A stretch of 32,000 nt of DNA from Candidatus Kuenenia stuttgartensis (GTDB taxonomy: Bacteria; Planctomycetota; Brocadiia; Brocadiales; Brocadiaceae). The DNA lies in NCBI RefSeq assembly GCF_900232105.1, contig NZ_LT934425.1:810001-842000 (forward strand). Reading direction: 5' to 3'. A program made the position numbers and the translations under genes. A model generated the notes under the pieces. That model had not been told where the DNA came from. It was given only the letters and a program-made list of their open reading frames with translations, and did not search any database. Position 1 is the stretch's first letter. Each line of letters begins with the position of its first letter. Shown here one piece after another: positions 22,956 to 31,556 of the stretch.

Positions 22956-24839
22956 TTACTGGCCGAAAACAACATTGGACATTCCAAGTTTTTCCAATAG
23001 CATTTGTGTGACGGCGGGAAGTTTCACGGCTTTCTTTAAGGTTTCACCGGTATTTTTAGCCTCAAGAGTGGCGATATCTATATCTTTGAACGGCGCATAG
23101 AGTTCCTTTGAGTTTAAAAAATCTTTTTCTCCTATTGCCTTTCGTTGGTTTGATAGATAACGGTTTATAAAATATGCCAGGATGCAGATAGTATAGACGG
23201 CTTTAACATGTGCCTCGGTATTGACAAAGAAGGGCCTGATTTTTAAGAACGATTTTACATTTTTAAAGACATCTTCTATTTTTGTCTTGTCCCGATAGGC
23301 TCTAACTATAGATTGGGGTTTTGCTTTAAACGCACCTCCATCTTCCCGTTCTGTATGGTTAGTGATAAAAACACATACGCCATCCAACAATCTATCTGCG
23401 GCTATAACATCAGTTAACAGCTTGATTTCTATTTTGAAACTTTTGACGGATTTGACCTGCCCGTTTTTCAGTCTATGGGTAACGGTGATGGACGTCAGAA
23501 CAGGGTCTTCGAAATATTTATGAATCTTTAACCTTTTCAGCTCATCTACAATGCGGCTCTTTGTTGCGTCATATTGCCGGTCTCTTTGGGCATTTTTAAG
23601 GTTTTTATTCTCTTCTTTGAGATAATCCTTAAAAAAGGTTATTTTCTCGTCTCTATTATTGCGGTCTTCTATAAATAAAGTGGGATTAAAACCGGTAATA
23701 AAACGCTTGTTTCCTATGACGCCATTGTCATGGTAGTATAATTCATCATCATAGTTTAAAAACCCTTGCGGGATAGGTATATCGGAGGCGTCCTTATCTT
23801 CTATGGATAACCCATTAAGAGACTTTAAACTGACACCGCAAGAGGGTATCTGATTTCTATCCAATGCCGAGATGTATTTGAGTTTGGCTTCTTCTATCAA
23901 ATTGGCATTGTCCTCAGAGATTATGCCTCTGTCAAATACAAGGGTGACGTTTTTATCAGTCAATTTGAATCTGGTTTTACAGGCATTGATATTCTGTTTG
24001 AGGGTTTTTACCTCAGCGGTGTTCCCGGGGAATACATCCCATTTGAAAGGATATCCCTCAGAGTTGATAAGAACACCCAGTAAGACCTGCCGCCTGCCAT
24101 GACACTCTATTTTGCCCTTGCCAAATGCCGATAGATCACAGTTATATCCCACAAAGTAGGAAGTAGTTAGGTCGTAGTTGATAAATTTATAGGATTCCGG
24201 ACGTTTCCAGAAGGTTTGGTTAAAAAGGTGGTTCTCTATAGATATTTTGTTTTTGTGTATTTTATCTAATTCATAATAGATTTTATCGTCATTTAGGCCT
24301 GAAAGATCAATTTTAAGAATGTCCTCCAGCGCGCTCTTTTTCGCCCAATGAGGAATGGAATAATGAGAACACGGATCGGTGCACCTGTTAATAGTCAGTA
24401 TCTTTGCAATCATATTGGTAGGAAGGGCGCCTGCAGTGACATCGTAGTCAAAAGCCTGATCAAGCTGCCACTGGTTCCACAACTCATTAACAACGGCTAT
24501 ATCGAGATATGCCCTGCTTTCCAGGACTGCAACGTCTTTGAGCTGAGTCTGCAATTGATCTGTGTTTTCAACTGTTTTACATATCAGTTTGATTTGCTCG
24601 GCTTGAATATCGGAAAGTTTCCCGATGGGCCAAAGTATTCTTTTTCTGACCTTTTTGCCATCCCTGTAGGATTCGGCAATAGAGTAAGATTTATAGGTTT
24701 TCCCTTTGTATTTAGAATCGCTATAAGTAAGGTGCATAATGTAGTCCCAATATTCTTTGACTACACTATCATTAATAAAATATTTTGTCAAGTCAGTATT
24801 TATAGGGTTATAAAGGATTTGTATTAATAAATAGGCCAT
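22956..24839 (-). CDS. IS1634-family (IS4-like) DDE transposase
   Basis: 627 aa. The N-terminal YKGKTYKSYSIAESYRDGKKVRKRILWPIGKL is typical of IS1634 Tnps. Candidate DDE regions are YDLTTSYFVG and VFDRGIISEDN. The true start may be Met35 (24737). Confidence 0.8.
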   Translation of the reverse strand: MAYLLIQILYNPINTDLTKYFINDSVVKEYWDYIMHLTYSDSKYKGKTYKSYSIAESYRDGKKVRKRILWPIGKLSDIQAEQIKLICKTVENTDQLQTQLKDVAVLESRAYLDIAVVNELWNQWQLDQAFDYDVTAGALPTNMIAKILTINRCTDPCSHYSIPHWAKKSALEDILKIDLSGLNDDKIYYELDKIHKNKISIENHLFNQTFWKRPESYKFINYDLTTSYFVGYNCDLSAFGKGKIECHGRRQVLLGVLINSEGYPFKWDVFPGNTAEVKTLKQNINACKTRFKLTDKNVTLVFDRGIISEDNANLIEEAKLKYISALDRNQIPSCGVSLKSLNGLSIEDKDASDIPIPQGFLNYDDELYYHDNGVIGNKRFITGFNPTLFIEDRNNRDEKITFFKDYLKEENKNLKNAQRDRQYDATKSRIVDELKRLKIHKYFEDPVLTSITVTHRLKNGQVKSVKSFKIEIKLLTDVIAADRLLDGVCVFITNHTEREDGGAFKAKPQSIVRAYRDKTKIEDVFKNVKSFLKIRPFFVNTEAHVKAVYTICILAYFINRYLSNQRKAIGEKDFLNSKELYAPFKDIDIATLEAKNTGETLKKAVKLPAVTQMLLEKLGMSNVVFGQ

Positions 24840-25044
24840 TTATTCTGCGACTACATATTATTTTGAATTTGTGGAAACCCGCTTAAAATAAGGATTTTGT
24901 TGAAATCTTTCCGGAAAGGGGGCTTTATTGAAGCCTTTTATACCACAAAGGAAAAACAGACGCCAGCTTTTTTTACCTTTTTTCGCTATTAATTTTTCAA
25001 AGAACTAAAGTGTTACAAATTATCGCATATTTGAAGGAATAATT

Positions 25045-25908
25045 TTGAATAAACATCTCCTTAATATTCCAATTGTTTATAAGTACGGAACAAAGTGGTC
25101 GGCTTTTCTACCTGCATTACCTTTATATTTATTGGGCAGATACATAGCAGATTTAAGCTATTTGTTTTGCAGGTCGGCAAGAACTAACGTGAAAAAAAAT
25201 CTTCGGCTGGTATTTCCCGATATTTCACAAAAAAAACTCTCCTTCATTGCAAAAAATCTTTTTAGAAACTACAGTAGATATTTGATAGATTATTGTAGAT
25301 TTACAAATCTAAATAAACGCTCCATTCTTGATCAAATCACTTATTATGAAGGAAAGCAAAACCTTGAACTTGCATTGCAGATGAATAAAGGTTTACTATT
25401 GCTTACCGCACACCTTGGTAATTGGGAACTGGGTGGTATTTTCTTTGGCAGTTATGGGATAAAGACAAATGTGTTAACGTTGCCTGACGAAAATCCTGAA
25501 ATCGGAAATATTCGCTCATGGTATAGAGAGATATTTAACGTTAAAACCATAACGATTGATAAATCTCCATTTTCTTCAATAGAAATGGTGAAAGCTCTCA
25601 GTAATAATGAATTAATTGCCATGTTAATTGACCGCTATGATGAGAAAACAGATGGTATAATCGTGGATTTTTTTAAGAAACCAACACAATTCCCGAGAGG
25701 GCCATTAATTTTAAGCAGACTAACAGGCGCTCCAATTGTTGTCGCATTTGTTGTGAAAGAAAAAAACACATATACGGGAGTGATTAAAGGGCCTTTCATT
25801 GTTACACATGAAAAAGAAGAATATGAGACAATGAAAAATATCGTAAATATACTTGAAGAATATATAAATATGTATCCTGACCAGTGGTATAATTTTACCC
25901 AGGTTTAA
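25045..25908 (+). CDS. Lysophospholipid/lipid A acyltransferase family protein (LpxL/HtrB-like)
   Basis: LLLTAHLGNWELGG is the H(x)4(D/E) acyltransferase motif region. NVKKNLRLVFP and the C-terminal YPDQWYNF are typical of the family. The only start in the ORF is the TTG at 25045, 28 nt from the IS end. Confidence 0.75.
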   Translation: MNKHLLNIPIVYKYGTKWSAFLPALPLYLLGRYIADLSYLFCRSARTNVKKNLRLVFPDISQKKLSFIAKNLFRNYSRYLIDYCRFTNLNKRSILDQITYYEGKQNLELALQMNKGLLLLTAHLGNWELGGIFFGSYGIKTNVLTLPDENPEIGNIRSWYREIFNVKTITIDKSPFSSIEMVKALSNNELIAMLIDRYDEKTDGIIVDFFKKPTQFPRGPLILSRLTGAPIVVAFVVKEKNTYTGVIKGPFIVTHEKEEYETMKNIVNILEEYINMYPDQWYNFTQV

Positions 25909-26040
25909 ACGGTTAATTTTTTTGATACTGTTGCTCAGTTTATGGTTGAGAGCAGAACGCTGTCTGGGTTCAGTCCATCCATTTTTCATATTGTAAATCC
26001 ATTTTCGCTACCCTATATTTGGTTATCCTGGAGAAAGAAT

Positions 26041-26775
26041 ATGCTGGTTATAAAAAATATTTCTGTATGCTTTTTTCTTGCAATATTATCTATCGGGTTT
26101 GTTTTTATTATCCCTGGTAATGTATCATGCGAAACTTTACCGAGTGAATCTTCTGAAACCAACCATAACGTATTTGAAAGGTTTTTAGAGCTCACACAGA
26201 ACAATCATTCAATAATTGCCAAGATACATCAAGAGAAGCATCTCTCATTATTGGGGAAAAAAGTACACATTTACGGGACTCTAACCATGAAAAAGCCTAA
26301 TATGCTGCGGTGGGATATAAACAAACCGGACAAATCCATCATTGCCATTGACGGTAAGGATATGATTGTATACCATCCTGAAGCAAAAGAAGCTCAAATA
26401 TATAGCGTCTCTGGTAATTTTACGGCACGCAATACTATGCGTTTTTTTTCGGAAATTCTATCCGGATCGTTGGAAGAAATGGAAAAAAAGTTTACCCTGG
26501 AGATTTCTCGTGAAGAAGATGGGATTTCCTTTCATTTAACGCCAAAATCCAAGATGGCAAGACGATATTTGTCCCATATTGTTATTCATTATGATAAAGA
26601 TTCAAGTATTCCGTCGGGTATTGGAATGTTTACCCCTAAGGGGGACAAGATAATTACAAGATTATCAGAGGTGAAAATTAATCCAGAGATTAGTGCTGAC
26701 ATCTTTACCATAAAATTACCCGCTGATGTTTTGATAACAAACCGAAGAGACACACATGATGGTTTAGTTGAATAA
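26041..26775 (+). CDS. LolA-like outer-membrane lipoprotein carrier / lipid-binding protein
   Basis: Signal peptide MLVIKNISVCFFLAILSIGFVFIIPGNVSC. A LolA-family pattern runs through the protein (GTLTMKKPNMLRWDI....SIIAIDGKDMIVYHP...A.IY; FTLEIS...GISFHLTPK). The ATG at 26041 follows GGAGAAAG. Confidence 0.7.
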   Translation: MLVIKNISVCFFLAILSIGFVFIIPGNVSCETLPSESSETNHNVFERFLELTQNNHSIIAKIHQEKHLSLLGKKVHIYGTLTMKKPNMLRWDINKPDKSIIAIDGKDMIVYHPEAKEAQIYSVSGNFTARNTMRFFSEILSGSLEEMEKKFTLEISREEDGISFHLTPKSKMARRYLSHIVIHYDKDSSIPSGIGMFTPKGDKIITRLSEVKINPEISADIFTIKLPADVLITNRRDTHDGLVE

Positions 26776-27407
26776 TGGTGACAATAATTAAAATTGTATC
26801 TTTTATCGCCTTATCCTTTTTGTGTGCTTATTTGTATCCATATCTCAATCCTACCAATATTGCAGCGTTTATTGAAAAAAACAAGTTGTCGGTCCCTCTG
26901 GTCTTTATTTTGATAACCTCCGTAAGACCAGTTCTTTTTTTTCTTCCGTCAATGGGTTTGACAATAGTAGCGGGTATATTATTCGGGAAGTATTGGGGAA
27001 CGGCCTATGTGGTGCTAGGCGGTGCACTTTCAACAGTGGTGGGTTATTATTTTGCTCAGTGGTTTGGCAGAAACACGGCTAAAAAACTAATTAAGAAAAA
27101 CAGTTATCTTCTGTTCCTAGAAAAAAAATCGACAAACAATGGGAAGAATATGGTGCTTTACATGAGGCTATTTAATCTGCCCTGGGACCTGGTAAGTTAT
27201 TGGGCGGGAGTTTCCGGTATTAATTTTAAGGATTTTTATATAGCAAGCATGATTCCTATTGTACCGATTAGTTTTTTATATACCTATTTTGGGAGTACGG
27301 TCTTTAATCCCACATGCGCCGGGTTCTTCATAGCTTTAACTATCATGTTTGCATTAGGTGCTATTCCGTTTGTAAGGGCAAAACTTAAGGGGAATAGTTA
27401 TGTCTGA
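26775..27407 (+). CDS. DedA/TVP38-TMEM64 family membrane protein
   Basis: VRPVLFFLPSMGLTIVAGILFGKYWGTAYVVLGGALSTVVGYYFAQWFGR is the SNARE-associated/DedA core. It overlaps the LolA-like stop by 1 nt. Confidence 0.75.
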   Translation: MVTIIKIVSFIALSFLCAYLYPYLNPTNIAAFIEKNKLSVPLVFILITSVRPVLFFLPSMGLTIVAGILFGKYWGTAYVVLGGALSTVVGYYFAQWFGRNTAKKLIKKNSYLLFLEKKSTNNGKNMVLYMRLFNLPWDLVSYWAGVSGINFKDFYIASMIPIVPISFLYTYFGSTVFNPTCAGFFIALTIMFALGAIPFVRAKLKGNSYV

Positions 27408-28458
27408 GTATGTAGGAGTAATAAAATTTCCTATTAACAGACTTCATATGGAACTAACAAATGTCTGTGACTTTTCCTGTGAATTTTGTCCTGATTCGAG
27501 GATGAAAAGAAAACGGGGTTTTATGGATGTTAAAATGGCGAAATCAATAATAGATGAAGTAAGTGTCGCAAATATGGTGAAATTATTGGTTTTTCATGTT
27601 ATGGGAGAACCTACCCTGCATCCACGTTTGGTGGAGATAGTTGGATATGCACATCAAAAAAACGTGGTTGTTTGTATTACAACACATGGTGCTAATCTGG
27701 GTGATGATTTGTTGAATGACTTAATAAAAGCAGGTGCAAAAAAGATAATCGTATCGCTTCAAACTCCTGACGAAAAGACCTTTTCAATGAGAGGCGTTAG
27801 CGGGTTGTCTTTTCAGGAGTATGCAGACAAAATAGCATCCATTGCAGGATCTTTTATTGATCAAAGACACGGAACAGAGCTAACTATTGGTTTCCTTTCT
27901 TCTCCTTTAAGGAAATTAATAATACCGATAGCAAAAGATTTATGTATTGCAGATACATCAAAAAAATTAAGAGCTTATTTGAAATTGTGGGCAGAGAAAA
28001 TATTGGTTAATTCTAAGATTGAATATCGTCTGCCTGACGTATTTAGACAGATTTCACGTGCAAAATGTTTTAAAGAAAATACAGTGATTATTAGCGATAA
28101 GATTTCTTTTCAAACTAGAATAGTTGGAGATTGGGCAACCCATTTTAACCAAAAAAATGTAAATGCAAGATTTGGATATTGCCCCGGAATGCAAGATAAC
28201 TTTGGCATACTTTGGAATGGGGATTATACCTTTTGCTGTACAGATTATGACGGTAAGACCTCGATGTATAATTATAACGACACCTCTATTAAAAATTATA
28301 TAAACAGTAAGCCAGTACAAGAAATAGTACGTGGGTTCAAAAGATATAGAGTTTTACATCCCCATTGCAGGCAATGTCTCGGCGATAGAAATATGCTCAA
28401 TTCGTTCGTAAAGCAGATAGGTTCAATTGTTTACTTTAAATGGATTAAAAGGAACTAA
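27400..28458 (+). CDS. Radical SAM protein with a SPASM/twitch-like C-terminal Cys cluster
   Basis: CDFSCEFC is the CxxxCxxC motif. The C-terminus has CPGMQDNFGILWNGDYTFCCTDYDGK...HPHCRQCLG. It overlaps the DedA gene by 8 nt. Confidence 0.8.
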   Translation: MSEYVGVIKFPINRLHMELTNVCDFSCEFCPDSRMKRKRGFMDVKMAKSIIDEVSVANMVKLLVFHVMGEPTLHPRLVEIVGYAHQKNVVVCITTHGANLGDDLLNDLIKAGAKKIIVSLQTPDEKTFSMRGVSGLSFQEYADKIASIAGSFIDQRHGTELTIGFLSSPLRKLIIPIAKDLCIADTSKKLRAYLKLWAEKILVNSKIEYRLPDVFRQISRAKCFKENTVIISDKISFQTRIVGDWATHFNQKNVNARFGYCPGMQDNFGILWNGDYTFCCTDYDGKTSMYNYNDTSIKNYINSKPVQEIVRGFKRYRVLHPHCRQCLGDRNMLNSFVKQIGSIVYFKWIKRN

Positions 28459-28471
28459 AAAGGAGAACGAC

Positions 28472-29353
28472 ATGAAGCCCTTCAAAGTTATGGCCGTACT
28501 TATCTCAATATTTTTTGTTATAAACTTTAAGTTAGCAGTGGCGGAAACCATTACCAACGAGACAATTTTGACAATGGTTGAGGCGGGATTAGGAGAAGAA
28601 CTGATTAACAGTAAGATAAAAACTTCTCAAAATCAATTTGATGTCTCAACAGAAGGTATCTTGAAGTTAAAAAAAGAAGGGGTAAGTGAAAAAATTATTA
28701 AAACAATGATTGAGGTCTCCACAAAGTCGGATACCTTAGAACAGAAGACTATTTCAACCGTTAACCGTGCTGAATCCCCTTATTTGGTAGAAAAAGCGCC
28801 ACCTATTGAAAAAGAACAAAAAGAATTAAGTTCAACCGCTTCAAACACAAACCACAATGAGGACAACATTTATTACGCTCGTTGTAATCTGAAAGTGATA
28901 AAAGGCAATCATATTACCTGGGTTAACTGGCAATCCACTCCAACATTCATTCACGCGGGCACCAGGTTGAAAGTTACCAGAACGGGCAACACTGCATCCG
29001 TTGTAAATATTGAAACAGGCAGCAGCTACACCTTAGATATCGGCGCTGATGGGGAGGTATTCCTTGAAAAATTTGTTACGAAAAAACCGTTAGATATTAA
29101 CCAGTTCTCTGCCGATGTTCTGAACAATATAAAAAATACTGTAGCAAGAATTGGAATGACAAAAGAAGAGGTGTACACAGCGATGGGACCTCCTACCAAT
29201 ATCGGAAATGTCAGGTCTAACACAAAAACGTATGAAGATATCATGAGTGCTGATTTGTGGGTTTATGCAAGACGACGTTTTGGCAAAAACATTGGAGTTG
29301 AATTTGATGCGGGTACAGGAAGAGTAAACAGGACGGAAGGGATCTGGAAATAA
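28472..29353 (+). CDS. Secreted hypothetical protein, possibly with a BamE/SmpA-like C-terminal module
   Basis: The ATG at 28472 follows AAGGAG. The signal peptide is MKPFKVMAVLISIFFVINFKLAVA. The C-terminal RIGMTKEEVYTAMGPPT resembles the BamE/SmpA_OmlA motif. There is no confident family call. Confidence 0.5.
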   Translation: MKPFKVMAVLISIFFVINFKLAVAETITNETILTMVEAGLGEELINSKIKTSQNQFDVSTEGILKLKKEGVSEKIIKTMIEVSTKSDTLEQKTISTVNRAESPYLVEKAPPIEKEQKELSSTASNTNHNEDNIYYARCNLKVIKGNHITWVNWQSTPTFIHAGTRLKVTRTGNTASVVNIETGSSYTLDIGADGEVFLEKFVTKKPLDINQFSADVLNNIKNTVARIGMTKEEVYTAMGPPTNIGNVRSNTKTYEDIMSADLWVYARRRFGKNIGVEFDAGTGRVNRTEGIWK

Positions 29354-29421
29354 GTTTTGTTTATGTTTTTTTGATATTGTGGCTTTTCTGTTAATTTATT
29401 TATTTGGATAGGGAAGATTCA

Positions 29422-29988
29422 ATGAAATTGACTTATAAAAATGTAAGTAAAGGCGGTATTCTTATTTTTGTTTTATTAATTGGTCTATTATTTCAAGGAT
29501 GCGCAAGCTTAAAAGCAAATAGAGATATGGGAGTAAAGATTTCTAAGGCAGAAAATAAAATTATGGTATTCCCCTTTAGGAATCCATATTACAAAGGTGT
29601 GGAATTAGAAGGAATTGGTGATACTTTCGCAATTTCTGTTGTTGGCGAAATCCAGTCTACGGGGAGAACATGTGCGCTTGCTGAGAGTGATGCTTTCAAG
29701 GCAAATAAATCAGTCAAAGTTGATGATGCGTGCGCCTACGCTCACCAAAAAGGGGCAGGTATTGCCGTTATAGGTGTTGTTACCGAATGGCTTGACGGTG
29801 CTACACAATGGTCTGGTACCGTAGATGTGGCATCTGTTACTGTGAATGCTTATAATACAGAAAATTGTAACCTCATATCTTCTGCTTCTGGCAGGCAAAA
29901 CGGACAATGGTTTACCTTCGTAAACGCACCGGCAACAAGATTTATGCGTCCATTATCCCAAGAGATAGTGCAGGCTCTGTTTGAATGA
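29422..29988 (+). CDS. Hypothetical lipoprotein
   Basis: The sequence MKLTYKNVSKGGILIFVLLIGLLFQGC has the lipobox LFQG/C. No family was recognised. Confidence 0.55.
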   Translation: MKLTYKNVSKGGILIFVLLIGLLFQGCASLKANRDMGVKISKAENKIMVFPFRNPYYKGVELEGIGDTFAISVVGEIQSTGRTCALAESDAFKANKSVKVDDACAYAHQKGAGIAVIGVVTEWLDGATQWSGTVDVASVTVNAYNTENCNLISSASGRQNGQWFTFVNAPATRFMRPLSQEIVQALFE

Positions 29989-30212
29989 TTTTTTCGCTGT
30001 GGTTATCAAATTCCATTATTGAAAGTAAGATGGTACATGGTCTAAGACTTATGCAGAAACTCAGGGGGATTCAGGGGAGTTGTTTTAACCAAATAATCCT
30101 TAGCTTAATGACATTGAATTGCAAACTTGAACCCGCCATGAATACAATATTAATCACAATCAAGACGACTTTCATGGAGATTTAAAAAATTAAAGGCCGA
30201 CTTTGTAGAACC

Positions 30213-31556
30213 ATGAAAAAACTTTTATTGGTCTCTCCCCTTGCATCAAAAAGCTTTCTGGGAGGCGATTTTTACTTTCGCCTCCCGTATCTGGGACTTT
30301 TGAAGGTTGCTTCCCTTACTCCGTCCGATTGGGACGTTAGTATTATTGATGAAAAGGTTGAACCGCTCGATTTGACTCAAGATGCCGATCTTGTAGGTAT
30401 TACTGCCATGACGCCTGCCGTTAATCGCGCTTATGAAATAGCAGACAGTTTTCGGTTACGGGGAATAAAGGTCATTATGGGCGGCATGCATGTGTCGAAG
30501 ATGCCTGATGAGGCGTTGCAGCATTGTGACAGTGTGGTTATAGGTGAGGCAGAGCAGCTATGGGACAAAGCACTGGATGATTGTAAAAGGGACGAACTAA
30601 AAAGTATCTATCGGCATGGCAACGAATATCCTTCCCTTGCCAATTTCCCTGCACCAAATTGGAAATTATACGAAGGGAAAAGATACCTCCCTGTGCATTT
30701 CCTTGAAACGACCCGTGGATGTCCACACAACTGCGAATTTTGCTCTGTAACAAATTCATTCGGAGGTAAATTTCGAAACAGACCTGTTGATGAGGTTGAA
30801 AAGGAGATACAAAACCTGAAGCCTTTTGAGGGGATGTTTGTTCTTAAAAATGGGGTCTTTTTCGTAGACGATAACATAATAAGCAACAGGGTGCACGCAA
30901 AAGAGCTTTTAAAACGGATCATACCTTATAACCTCAAGTGGACAGGACAAGCATCTGTCAATATCGCAAAAAACGACGAAATCCTCGAACTCTGCAAAAA
31001 GAGCGGCTGTATGGGACTTATTGTAGGGTTTGAGTCGTTATCTCAGGGTAACCTTGCAAATATGGGAAAGACGTTCAATACACCCGATACGTATATCGAT
31101 GTGGTAAAAAAATTGCATGATTATGGTATAGGGGTCACCGGCGCCTTTGTTTTTGGCTTTGATCACGACGACGAAAGTGTCTTTGACAGAACTATTGAGT
31201 TTGTCATTAAGGCAAAGATTGATGTTTGTTATTTTTCAATTTTAACGCCGTATCCCGGCACGCGGGTTTATTCACAGATGCTGCATGAAGGAAGAATAAT
31301 AGACCGGGACTGGTCTAACTACAATACGAACCATGTCGTTTTTATGCCAAAATTGATGCGACCGGAAAAGCTCCTTGACGGTTTTCATCATGCCTTAAAA
31401 GAGAGTTTCTCTTATACTGCAATTTTTAAAAGACTCTGGGGCAACGGGACATACAAGAATTTCTTCTACCCCATGAACTTTGGTTTCAGGCAGACCGTTA
31501 GAAAAACAATACAAAACAAGCAGGATTTTTCCTATGAACAGGGTTCTGGTTCTTGA
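30213..31556 (+). CDS. B12-binding-domain radical SAM protein (class B)
   Basis: The N-terminal B12-binding-like region has D.VGITAMTP and IKVIMGGMHVS. The radical SAM motif is TTRGCPHNCEFCSV. Confidence 0.85.
   Translation: MKKLLLVSPLASKSFLGGDFYFRLPYLGLLKVASLTPSDWDVSIIDEKVEPLDLTQDADLVGITAMTPAVNRAYEIADSFRLRGIKVIMGGMHVSKMPDEALQHCDSVVIGEAEQLWDKALDDCKRDELKSIYRHGNEYPSLANFPAPNWKLYEGKRYLPVHFLETTRGCPHNCEFCSVTNSFGGKFRNRPVDEVEKEIQNLKPFEGMFVLKNGVFFVDDNIISNRVHAKELLKRIIPYNLKWTGQASVNIAKNDEILELCKKSGCMGLIVGFESLSQGNLANMGKTFNTPDTYIDVVKKLHDYGIGVTGAFVFGFDHDDESVFDRTIEFVIKAKIDVCYFSILTPYPGTRVYSQMLHEGRIIDRDWSNYNTNHVVFMPKLMRPEKLLDGFHHALKESFSYTAIFKRLWGNGTYKNFFYPMNFGFRQTVRKTIQNKQDFSYEQGSGS

Larger units (their letters stand above)
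20583..25016 (-). mobile_element. IS66-family element (4,434 bp) carrying an IS66-type tnp, a DUF4338 gene and an IS1634-type tnp
   Basis: The terminal inverted repeats GTAACACTTTAGTTCTTTGAAAAATTAA (20583-20610 and the reverse complement of 24989-25016) match perfectly at 28/28. Identical 8-bp direct repeats AAATTATC lie at 20575-20582 and 25017-25024. GTAA-type ends and an 8-bp duplication are IS66-family traits. Confidence 0.88.
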
